Positions 1 through 14,500 of a DNA stretch of 64,000 nucleotides are shown here, in pieces (position 1 is the first letter of the stretch; every line of letters starts with the position of its first letter). The notes beneath the pieces are model-generated. The model did not search any database and had not been told where the DNA came from. It saw nothing but the letters and a program-made list of their open reading frames with translations. A program made the position numbers and the translations under genes. The stretch is from Balanoglossus misakiensis. Taxonomy: Eukaryota; Animalia; Hemichordata. Where the stretch lies: NCBI GenBank assembly GCA_040954595.2, contig CM082591.2:6346266-6410265 (forward strand), written 5' to 3'.

Positions 1-456
1 AGCACGGTTCACAGCCATTACTTTTCTTGGTGGGTGTTTTGGGGATACATGAACGACGAGTTTTACTCACAATGGAACCACCAAATGATGTTTACTTTGA
101 CAGAGGGAATCTCAACAGCTTTGGCGTTACATCTCTTGGATGGTGACGTCACCGTAAAGTCGCAACACTTGCTAACAATGTTGTCCATCGCCATTTTACA
201 CCTTCTGGCCAGTGGAGTGGACCAGTTGATAGCCAATGTAGTCCTCCGCGAAGGACAGTATCATCAAGTAGTTCGCGATCTTTGCCTTTTCGCAGGGGAT
301 TTTCTATATTTTACAATTTCGATAGCATATTTATATTTCTACATGACCGACAACAGATTGTCCCTTGCTAAGTATTTGTCTGAGCACAAAAAAGAGTTAT
401 TAATGTCGTTTGCTTTCATTTCATTGATGTTTTTGATGTCAACCTACGTACTTTAG
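1..456 (+). CDS. 3' end of an uncharacterised multi-pass membrane protein (runs off the window start)
   Basis: The frame is open from base 1 (STVHSHYFSWWVFWGYMNDEFYSQWNHQMMFTLTE...) to TAG at 454-456. It has several hydrophobic helices and protein-like composition. Family not recognised. Confidence 0.65.
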   Translation, partial: STVHSHYFSWWVFWGYMNDEFYSQWNHQMMFTLTEGISTALALHLLDGDVTVKSQHLLTMLSIAILHLLASGVDQLIANVVLREGQYHQVVRDLCLFAGDFLYFTISIAYLYFYMTDNRLSLAKYLSEHKKELLMSFAFISLMFLMSTYVL

Positions 457-2493
457 AGTGCCATCTAATTTCTCATACAGTCCACTACATCGATATCGGT
501 GCTCATTCATTCATGGCGCAACTGCACTGTTCAGGCGCCATTACTGTACCAACGACCTGCAGAAGTTGTCTTGATACGAATTCTGGACCATGTTCTTACT
601 GTATCCAAACTCTGCACATATCATACAACGGTTCTCGCCGTGTTGCAGAAAATGCAGTTCTATTTTGAAAACATTTTCCTGTAATTCCAAAGCAATAATG
701 GAAAAGTAGCTCATTCACTTTTGGTTTCCCTTATTTAAAAAAACACCGTTTACACTTCCTCAAAAGAAGACCTCGCAAACCTTTTAAATTTATAGAAAAT
801 TACTTGCTTTGGTAAATTGGAAGTATGCATGTATCTCAGTCAGGAAAGCGTATTTGTTATATTTATTTTTCATACCTCCAATGTATTTTTACTGTAGACG
901 GCTCGGCAAAATTTAAATGAGTAAAACCCAAAATAAACGAGCGCGTGTAAGATATCACTTATTTGATACAAGTACTTTTTGTACCCGCAGAATATTTCAG
1001 ACCAATATGTGTAGTGAATTTTTCTCTAAGCAAAAGAGGCTGTCCCAGGAAAGAGTGAATGCTATTTGAGAACAAGGAAGACCACGTCGATTGATTCATC
1101 ATAGTTTTCATGTACAACCCAATGCTTATGGCAAAGCCCGAAGATTGATGTAGCTACAGCATCAACCCAGTGTCACAAACAGGCAGAATGCAATGTCTAA
1201 TGTGTTTCACTACAGGACAGGTAACGGTAACTGCTGCGTACTGGGTTAAATTCTGACCTGCTGCCCGCATGCCAAATTGTTCTGTCGCCATGCAGTGAGT
1301 AAATTTATTACTTTTTATGGCGAGTGTCGTGTACGGGCTCAGCTTGGTTACCAAGAAATGCATTCACCTTGTACACCTACAGGCCAATAAATATACATTG
1401 TTCTGTGATAGGTTACATGCCGGTTCTTTTTTTAATGTAGAGTTAACCTAAAAATAGGTCGATATAATAAACAGAGGAAAAGTCCGAAGGATTTTAAAAA
1501 ACCTTGACATGAAACAATAAAATGTAAATAAGCTCCCTTCTATGTATATACATGTACGTGTTCACGTCAGTGTCGGGCTATTGCCGAGTTTCATACAATG
1601 CACACTTTCTTACTGTGTTACACATAGTTTTATAAGTCTCGAAATTTCAAGTGTCCTTTTTGACAACAGAGTTTTATAGGAAATTTTGATTGGACGACAA
1701 TTGCGCGCGTTTTGAATATATATTTAAATTTTAGGGCTTTGCTGTGAACAAGCGAAGGGTCAACGCCCGGGTCAACGTAATGTCTGGAGCGTACACATTG
1801 AGCTACCTCGATTGACCAATCACAAGTGCTGTGGTCTTCCTGTTTCAGGTGTGTAGAAAGTAATTGACCAATCAGAGTTGTCGGATTGTGCCACTTGTTT
1901 TTTTAGCCGAGACGCAGACACTCTAATTTAAATACATATTGAAAACGCGCGTTCATTTCCAGACGATTCGCACCTGTTGTACAGAGATTGAGACTCAGGT
2001 CAGACACACGGGCATAGTAAGCCAGAGGCCTGAGCTCCGCCTGTTCAGGATTTTTAAATGTCGCCACCTACGGCGCTTATGACAAACAGCACAGTTGCAA
2101 TATGACTTTTTTACGCGGAAAGTGTTGGACGCCACCAACCATTTCTTGAACTGAAGGCTCCCGCAGGCGAGCGAAAATAGCTGCGCAAAGTCATTGGGCA
2201 AAATTTCTTTTTGGATTTTGGCGCTATATAAACTTTGTTGATTGATTCGGAAAATGTTGCTTTGCAAATTTCCTGTCGACTTTTGTTGAGTTCTGACTAT
2301 TGTGCCCGGGTGCCGTTGAGCGAAATACCCAACACGTTTGATAATTCTTGCCTGATGGTAAACTATGGGTATGGCAAACATAGAAACAACTGGTTTTGGG
2401 GGCAAGTGTTAGGCCAAAAAAACATCCCTTGTTGTCAGGAATGGCCATTTGTTATGATCCCCAGTCATAAGAATCGGTCACTCCAGAAACAAA

Positions 2494-2827
2494 AGGGACA
2501 AAGTCTCTCTCTCGCTGCTGTTTTGATACAAGACACTATTTACTGGTATGTTATTCTACATGTGGATATAAGGTGAATCAAGGTTTGACCACACACTTCC
2601 ATCAGGTTTGGAGAATATGAGAGTACAAATTTCGCCAAAATGAATAAATGGTAAACACCGATTATTCATTTTGGCGAGTTTTTCACTCTTGTGTCTACAA
2701 GTTGGATTGAAGATGTGTGTGGTTGAACGTTGATTCACTATATATCCACATGTAGAATAATATAAACGGTGTCTTGTATCAAATATAATTAATGGAAAAA
2801 GGGCAGTGAGAGAGAGACTTTGTCCCT
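2494..2827. mobile_element. Kolobok-like MITE, family A (TIR AGGGACAAAGTCTCTCTCTC)
   Basis: Terminal inverted repeats agggacaaagtctctctctc...gagagagagactttgtccct. The interior is an inverted homolog of the 3967-4314 copy. Confidence 0.75.
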
Positions 2828-2963
2828 TCAAGACTAGGGACTGCAAATTACTTTTTACATCTACACTTCGAATGATCACACATTTCACAAAATTTCCAGA
2901 AACCTGTCTCTTTATTTTCCCTTCATTACATATTCGTCACAGAAATACAGTACAAAGAAGAGA

Positions 2964-5025
2964 TTAACGGTAGGATTTCTGGTAGCGGGCACGAGGTCCT
3001 GGACCACCAAACTTCTTGGATTCGCATCGTCTCGGATCGGCTACAAGTAACGTTCTGTCGTATTGGATGAGAATATCTTTGATTTCCTTCTTGGAGGCCT
3101 CATCAACGTCTGAAACAAAAAAGTGAAGACTTGAGTTAGTGTGCTTACTGTTGTGAAATCAAAGTGGGAAATTTCTATCATTTCTACATGCAATACTAAT
3201 TATTTCTTATATAGCACATTACATGATACATCTCAATGCACTTTACAGTTTTACCCATGGTCATTGGACCTAAATATTCCATTCAACTCACTGGGGAGAA
3301 AACAACAGCTCACACGTGAAGCCGTTATATCAGCGCAGAATAGCTAGACAGACACATTACAATCTCTGTCCTACCAAGGTACCCATTTTTCCTGGGTGTG
3401 GAGAGGCAATGAGAAGTAAAGTGCCTTGCCAAAGGACATAACACCACACTGGCACAGCCATGCCAGGGCTCGAAATCACAATCCTTTGATCATGAGTCTG
3501 ATGCTGTAACGACTGGACTAGTATCAAGAGAAATGCAAGCAGATTCTATACTTACATTTCTGGTAGTAGGCCACCAGTGATTTGGAAATGGCTTGACGGA
3601 TCGCTGTAAAATGAAACAAAACAAAGACAAAAGTATTACTTACATGCAGTCAACACAAACATGTTATCTCAGTACTCAGTACGTTGGGGATGCTGAAACC
3701 TATCCGATTTCAAAGGCCTCAGCAGAAGAATAGCAAATGTGTCAAATATAAAATAATTGTCCATGGTACAAGCAATAAAAATATAGACAATATGCAAGCA
3801 TATAGGGCTTGTGCAGAGAAGCGCATGTGATGTCAAGACACTACTGAAAGCAAACTGAACCACAACTTAATTAACATAACAATATATTATATATAAATTA
3901 GCCATCATGCTTTCCCAAAATCCGGGGGAGAACACTGTAATGGGGTTCAAATCCTAGTCTTATTAAAGGGACAAAGTCTCTCTCTCGCTGCCCCTTTTCG
4001 ATCAATTATGTTTGATACAAGATACCATTTATGTTATTCTACATGTGGATATATAGTGAATCAACATTTAACAACACACAATTTCAATCCCACATGTAGA
4101 CACGAGAATAAAAAACTGGCCAAAATGAATAATCGGTGTTTACCATTTATTCATTTTGGCGAGAATTTTACTCACATATCCTACAAACGGGATGGAAGTT
4201 GTGTGTGGTCGAACGTTGATTAACACATATATTCACATGTAGAATAACATAAATGGTATCTTGTATCAAACATAATTAATGGAAAAAGGGCAGTGAGAGA
4301 GAGACTTTGTCCCTTTAATGTCCTGGCTGTCTATACTAATATCACCAATACCCAACAAGACTTGGCAATTAAAATCACTTACCATAAATCTGTGCAACAC
4401 GACCACCACCCTTGACTCGCACTCTGATGTCAACACCTGAGAATCTCTCTTTTCCTAGCAACAGCATTGGTTCTTGAAGCTGCAAGAGATGAACAGAGAT
4501 CTGATTGACCAAATGCCTAACCCTTTCAAGATTGTCAACTATTGAACTTAGGGAGAGTAGTCTTCATGGAATTATTGGTATATTATAATAAAAACTTAGA
4601 TTAAAAAAAACTTATTGTGTTCTACAATCTTTGGGCTAGGGACTGACCCTCTGCATTTAACTCCATTAATTACAGTAAACATTGTTCTTACCTTGTACCT
4701 AAGTGATACTGGTTCTAGTGTATCCAACAGGCGTCCATTGACTCTCAACAAACCATTTCCTCGTTTACAATGGGCAACTGCTGTTGCAGTTTTCTGCAAA
4801 CAAGAATAACAAACTGTGATATGCACTATGTTCCTCACTGCAAAATGTTTGTGTCTATTCATATAACACAGTGATATAACACTGATTTTAAATAAATATG
4901 CAAGTCAAACTGATCTGATGATTGGCGTTGAAATGTGGACTCAAAAGCAACATGGCACCCGTAGTTAGCCATACCTTACGTCCGAAGACTTGAACCGACT
5001 GTACTGCTGGCTTTGGCGTCGCCAT
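2964..5025 (-). CDS. RPS16: 40S ribosomal protein S16 (uS9), 5 coding exons
   Basis: Exons: 5025-4975 ([17 protein letters not shown]), 4793-4692 ([20 protein letters not shown]...), 4479-4383 ([26 protein letters not shown]...), 3603-3556 ([16 protein letters not shown]), 3109-2964 (...RYQKSYR*). All introns are GT-AG with consistent phases. AATAAA near 2911-2916. Confidence 0.97.
3270..3522 (-). mobile_element. tRNA-derived SINE in the last RPS16 intron
   Basis: The minus-strand head tagtccagtcgttacagc...gatttcgagccctgg has A-box and B-box-like motifs. The body contains aggtacccatttt...gtaaagtgccttgccaaaggaca, and the gtgccttgctcaaggacacaa part recurs near 42348 and 43458. Confidence 0.65.
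3967..4314. mobile_element. Kolobok-like MITE, family A, intact with TTAA TSD
   Basis: TTAA at 3963-3966 and 4315-4318 flanks AGGGACAAAGTCTCTC...GAGAGACTTTGTCCCT. Partial ends of the same family lie at about 27403-27436, 29970-30020 and 53750-53851. Confidence 0.85.
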
Positions 5026-5135
5026 TCTGTGGAAAGACAATATACGTCGTTACTTTATTTATTATTGCGTGGGAATCGACGAGTATGATTTGAAAATAAC
5101 CACTATTGCTGTATGTTTTTCGTCTTTGTTCTTAC

Positions 5136-5235
5136 CTATCCAGTATTAATCTGTCACGGTTCGCCGTGAGACAGGGTGAAAGAGGTCATGTAACGGGTTT
5201 CAATGGCTGACATCCGAGGCAGACCGGAAATCCCC
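5136..5235 (-). promoter_or_regulatory. RPS16 non-coding exon 1 with TCT/5'TOP initiator and an ETS-like site
   Basis: The minus strand reads CCTCTTTC at 5185-5178 (TCT motif typical of ribosomal protein genes), and the exon ends GATAG|GTAAG at 5136. CCGGAAAT lies near 5224. Confidence 0.75.
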
Positions 5236-6034
5236 TGTACCCACCACAAGTTGGCGTTCTTTTTAACCTTTGACCCCATGAACTTTAACCCATTGTGATG
5301 AGAAGTACCAGCTTTCGTGCAGGCGTCATTTTCTGTAAGAATTATACTGTTTATTTGAACTCACGCGTTTCATTAAATATGCAGAAGTGGTTATCGATGT
5401 CCCATATACCGAGATTCACTCTGTCATGACTGCAGATAAGAAAGACGGCGCATGTGCACGGCTGTGCGCTGGTCGTGCAGCTGCAAATGCACGTAAGTAT
5501 ATTGGCTGTTTTGTCGTTGGCTGCGCTGTATCCACTCCAGGCCACATTATGCATGCAAATGAGACAATCGCGGCGCCGGCCAATGGCGAGCCCAGATCGC
5601 GAGTTGGCGGGAAATACCAAATACACAAAAGCAAGTTTATTCAGGGTTCGAGGATTGCTGGAAGACGTTCGGAGAACCTGCGATTATTTAGGAGTTCCTG
5701 TACATTTTCCCCTCAATTTGGTGCATATAGAAGGTGAGATAATTCCTGCGACAAAAAATATTCGCATAAATTTCGGACGGGACATGATACTGTGCAAAGT
5801 GTCAATTTCATGTTGTTGTCACTTGCCATAATGAACTCAGCACAGCTGTTCTTTGCTCTTGCTCATATCATACTATTAGTTATATTAATATGTGAATTCC
5901 AAAAGTAAAAAGTGAAAAAAAGGGATATAGGAAGCCACACACTTCAGCTGCCAAATCCTGGGTGGGGGTGGGGTGATGGGGGATGGTGATGCATGGTGTG
6001 ATGCAATGGACATATAGCTTATCACTGAAAATGT

Positions 6035-6910
6035 GGCTAGTTATACTTTGCGAAACAGCGAAACGAAACAGCGAAACGACGAAACCATTATTAAAATAGG
6101 GGCCAGTCATCAAGACGGTGGCGTATGATTTTTTTTAAAGTTTCCAAATTAAAACGTAAGCGAGCCAAGAAAACTACATGTCAGATAAATTGTTTTCTCG
6201 GAAATTCAACATTAGAATCAAATTTGGCGTTGGAAACAAACGGCGGGTCGCCAGTTCCTGGTCTGCGGCCTGGTACTATGTAGTGGTAGAGTCGACGTCG
6301 TGTGCGCGCAAACGATTCATGCCAAACTGCTACATACACACAGTGAATATACGCGCGCGCACAACGAAACCACAAAAGATCGAAACCTCAAAATGCGGCA
6401 GCAACTGACACTATTTCCTTAAATACCACAAGGCGGGGAGGCATGAATTGCAATTACTAGTAAGATAATAAAGAAATTTCGACAATGATACTGTGTTGTG
6501 TGAGTTACATGTGTTTCTATATATAACTACTACTCTTACCCCCCATCAGTGTTTGACCCTCGAAAGCTTACGGACACTACTGCTTTGTTTCAACTAATCC
6601 TTAGCCCTGTGAATATACTCGTACATTGACCTTTTGGGGCGGGATTCATTTTTGGCGCGCAACCACTAGTACCAGGCCCCAGACCAGGAACTGGCGACCC
6701 GCCGTTTGTTTCCAACGCCAAATTTGATTCTAATGTTGAATTTCCGAGAAAACAATTTATCTGACATGTAGTTTTCTTGGCTCGCTTACGTTTTAATTTG
6801 GAAACTTTTAAAAAAATCATACGCCACCGTCTTGATGACTGGCCCCTATTTTAATAATGGTTTCGTCGTTTCGCTGTTTCGTTTCGCTGTTTCGCAAAGT
6901 ATAACTAGCC
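6035..6910. mobile_element. Non-autonomous long-TIR (Mutator/foldback-like) DNA transposon
   Basis: 244 bp near-perfect inverted repeats at 6035-6278 and 6667-6910 (GGCTAG...CTAGCC). An 8 bp direct repeat, GAAAATGT, sits at 6027-6034 and 6911-6918. No transposase is present. Confidence 0.9.
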
Positions 6911-7011
6911 GAAAATGTCGCTGTTCCCAAATCCCACACAACCAGACTGGATGAAATGCTGTCTGATGACACCATCACATGACTGTCTTCTTTCCTTAAA
7001 AAAACACTTGA

Positions 7012-10288
<3,277 letters not shown>

Positions 10289-11374
10289 GTCACTGTGGAA
10301 ACAACATTTGTAGACTGTGTAGCCGTAGGAATGCCTGTGAGATTACCATGGAAATGGGATTGGCTCGGTTACTATGGAAATCGTCTGTAGTTTGCAACAT
10401 GTATATGTGTTTAACTTATTTGGGGGACGTAGTGTGAATGAGATAACGTGTACATTTTTTTCTGCCCAACTTTTCTACAGATGAATATTTATGTTATACC
10501 CGGTACATGGTGTCTGCTGGTATAGTTGTTTCTTTCAAACTGGTGAGGCAAACTTAGTGCAGTGTAGTCATCAAGTACAGGTCATCACAAACTCCTAGGA
10601 ATTCTTGTTTTATAAATTGTTGAAAGTTACATTTTAGAATAGAATAGACATAATTTAAATATCTAAAAGATTCTTATTGTACTGAAAATCGTAGGAAAGT
10701 TCTCATCAAACAATCTGTGTTTTTGAAACTGTTCTATGCACAAGCACTGTAGACTGATTTATTTGTACCTGTACTCTTTGGAGAATGGCACTCTTTGTAA
10801 TATACATGCATGAGAGATTGGTGGGAAGCGCCTTCTGATGGAGAACATGAAGAATTCTTGAGCTTTTCATCTTTGCATCTACTTTGCACACACAATGTTT
10901 TTAAATAAAGAATATTTATATCCGAATCAGTATAAATGTGTATATTTTAACCCTAATTCATGAGCTGTTGGGTGGCCACTCAAAAAAGAAGTGTATCACC
11001 AAATAGTAAATCCAAGAATTAGTCACAACCTTTAAACCATATATGGGGATGTGTAAATTAAGGGTGATTGTGTACCTTTAATGTGAAAATTATCAGGAAG
11101 CGTTAGTGCTACATCAGCATTGGTGGGTATATACTAGTATATCGAGTCAACACATTGGCAAGGAATAGTGATCATTATAGAGATTTTGTATCAAAAGAAA
11201 TGGTATACAGGGAAAAGCAGGTGACCAATGTTTAATTCAGAGCATAAACGTGGTGTTTTGAGAAGTGTTTGTTCACAATGACTTTCAAAAATTGGGCCTT
11301 TCCCCCAAAACACCAGAAACAGACATTTGTAGGTCACGCAATGCATTTAGGGTAAAAAACGGCGACCTTCATGA

Positions 11375-11410
11375 AATGCGCACGCATGGTAACATTGATG
11401 ACGTCACCAT
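11375..11410 (+). promoter_or_regulatory. ILRUN proximal promoter motifs (NRF1-like, CRE)
   Basis: TGCGCACGCA near 11377 and TGACGTCA near 11399, about 120-150 bp upstream of the ATG. Motif match only. Confidence 0.45.
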
Positions 11411-11522
11411 CACAGTAATGGCGAATGACAACAGTTGAAAACCCAAGTTGTTTCACATTTAGCGTCTTCCGACCTTGCGTCCTGTCCAGTGTGTGGGTTG
11501 TTTCATTAAACCAAATGACGAG

Positions 11523-14500
11523 ATGGAGGTAGATTCAGACTTAGATCAAGAACTTTTACAGCAATTTAGCTCGATGGGGACCACGGACAAGGAAGTTCTC
11601 ATAAGTGAATTTCAGAAATTACTCGGGAATCAGCTGAACCCAGCAGGCTGCGCGTTTTTTCTCGATATGAATAATTGGTAAGTGGACCTGTGCACGGTAC
11701 AAGTTTCATGTCCGAGACTACAAGCATGTCTACCCACGATACGGCTACGTCCGTCAAGATCGTCGAAGTGTCCGACAGATGTATGGATTCCAGAATCCCT
11801 ACAATGACGCTACGAGCGCGTCACCCCCATTCAAAACAAATAAACCATGGGAAACGATTGGGAATTTGGGACAAAATGTTAAATCGAATTAAACACTGGT
11901 GGTACTGGTTATGCGGAGAAACATATAGTGTTAAATGTCAGTCGTTGCCAAAGTTTTTAAAAAACATACACGCTGGGCATTGTATTTGTACGATAATTCA
12001 GAATTATTTAAAGTCCATTTGAATAATTTGAATATGGTGGCTGGAAATATACATTCCTGTCCGAAACGCCAATCAATAATAAAAGTGTGATACCTCCCTG
12101 ACTTATTGCTGTTACAGTAATATTTCACCTAGCCACGGCCACTAGGTAGGGGGAAGGGCTCCAAGGCCAGGTGAAGGCCATTTGTACGATAATTAAGAAT
12201 TATTTAAAGTCCAGTCCAGAGGATCATTTGAATATGGTGGCTGGAAATATACATTCCTGTCAGAAACGCCAATAAATAGAAAAAGTGTGAAACTCCCCAG
12301 GCTTTTATCATCCCGCCACGGCCACTTGGGGGCACCAAGGCCAGACGAAGGTCATGACCATCACCAGGCCCCAAGCACAACTTGAATACAGGTTACATTG
12401 TGCATGTTGTATGTTACATGTTGTGTAGCAGTAATAGAAGTGCAGCCTCAGTGAACTACTGGTAGCGCAAAAGTTACTATGCACATAACATTTCAAAGCC
12501 TTCGTCAACAAAATTCTGTCTGACTAGACTATGAGAGGACTGTGTGAATTATTTTAAGTTTCTCAAATACATCTCACCAGTTTTATTCCTCACAGTGACA
12601 TGGTACTGTAGAATAAAATTTTAATTTGTCTAACCAATAAAGAAGATATTTATCAATCACCTATCACAATTCCTATGAAGAATAGTAACCAATGGACATT
12701 ACTGTAATGTCCATTGGTTACTACATGTATTATGATCATGTATTATAATTTACATATGTAATTACATAACAATTGTATTTTATGTAAATTAACATACTGT
12801 ATCAGAAATAATGGTGGTACAAATGTACTAAACATTGATGACATATTGACTGTCTATGTTTTATTATGTTTCATAGGAATCTACAGGCAGCAATATGTTC
12901 CTATTATGATTTTGAAAGTCCAAAAGAAAAGGTTCCATCTATGTCACTGGTGCAGGACATTACAATAGGTGAAGGCGAGTCTGTCCCACCCAACACAAGA
13001 TTTATTAAAACTTGGAGAATTAGGAATTCAGGTAAGTGATTTGGGATTTTTATGGGTCTTTATTTGCTATAAATGGTTTCATTGGAGGCCTTCTCGAAAT
13101 TAGCAGTTATCACAGCTGCATACCAACTGACTAGTATTAATGCAAATGCTCCTTACTGTCTACCAGTAGGTGCAGCTATCTCAGCTGTGCTATTGAATAG
13201 GCAGAAAAGTGCACTGACATGTGTCAACCCTGTGTTACCACTGGTATTAATGATATTACTATATGTATTATCACTGGTAAATAATAATATTACTACATGT
13301 ATTACGACTGGTAATTACGGGCCCAAGCCAAGCCAGGCTTGGGCCCGTATTGGTTTCGTTGGAATTTTACTTTCTTTCTTTATTCTTGTGTCAATTCTTT
13401 GACCCACGAGATCTCAGACACCGCTGCAGGTACACTTCTGAAACTTGCTACAGTGGTCAAGGTCAATGAGTAGTCGTGCATTGAACCCTTGAATTTTTAA
13501 TGAGTCACGTGACCTGGCGGCCATCTTGGATTTTCTGAAAAAATGCAAATCTCAGATCTCAGAAACTACAAGTCAGATCGACTTCAAATTTGGCATGCTG
13601 GTAGACTACCTTCTGCCCATCATTTTTGTAATTGGAAATTATGCTGACAAAGTTGCAGTTTTTTGCTACAATTTTTTTTCTGAAATCTGGCTTAAATTTC
13701 AAAAATCTTCTTCTCCAGAACCGGTGATAACCGACACACAGGGTTTGGTGTATGTGGTCACCTAACTGATGTCTATCAAGTTTGCGAAGATCATTGTGAT
13801 TGGTCGAAGATTTTGGCGGCCATATTGGATTTTCGAAAAACCCTAGTAAAATTTCAAAAATCTTCTTCTCAAGAACCGGCGGTAACCGAGTCACAAGATT
13901 TGGTGTGTGTGGTCATTAAACAGATGTCTATCAAGTTTGCTAAGAAGAATGTGATTGGTCGAAGATTATGGCGGCCATATTGGATTTTGTGAAAAACGAT
14001 TAAAAAGTAAAAATTCCCTTTCTGGCCTAAAAATTGATAGCACAGAAATTCTTTTTATGGATATGAATCATCATATGACAAGAATAAGCTATAAATATTT
14101 TGGTAATTTTGGCAATGACCTTTGACCTACTTTTGACACATCATTTTTCTGCATATCTAATTCCAGGCTAAGCAATAGGGCTATAAGTTTGGTTTTTGAT
14201 GTATGTGGATTTGTATGTGATCAAAAAAATTTGATACTTTTCATGACCCTTTTGACCTCTGCTGACCTCATTAAATATGCACATACCTAATTACAGATGA
14301 ACCAATAGACCTAGAGGTTTTGTTTTTGTTATACATGGACCAGTATGGGGTCAAAATATTTTGCCCAAATGTTGGGTGACCTCGGGTGACCTTTGACCTA
14401 CTTTTGCATATCTTGACATCCACAGCAGATACAGCCTTGGCGTTTGGAGGTATGGGGCCATAATGAAAAGCCAAAGTTTTTGGTCACCTGTGACACCTGC

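Noticed and set aside
1995-2888. Overlapping 110-136 aa ORFs
   Set aside because: No recognisable domain or splice structure, and partly made of MITE sequence.
3460-3522. tRNA gene
   Set aside because: Degenerate boxes, no full cloverleaf, and it is attached to a SINE body.
3655-3740. Possible intronic snoRNA in RPS16 (minus-strand stem TGCTGAGGCCT...AGGTTTCAGCA, downstream CTGA and ACA)
   Set aside because: No box C or convincing two-hairpin H/ACA layout was found. An Rfam/Infernal search would be needed.
13073-13402. Hydrophobic 109 aa ORF in ILRUN intron 2
   Set aside because: Derived from AT-rich minisatellite and the end of the Helentron-like element.
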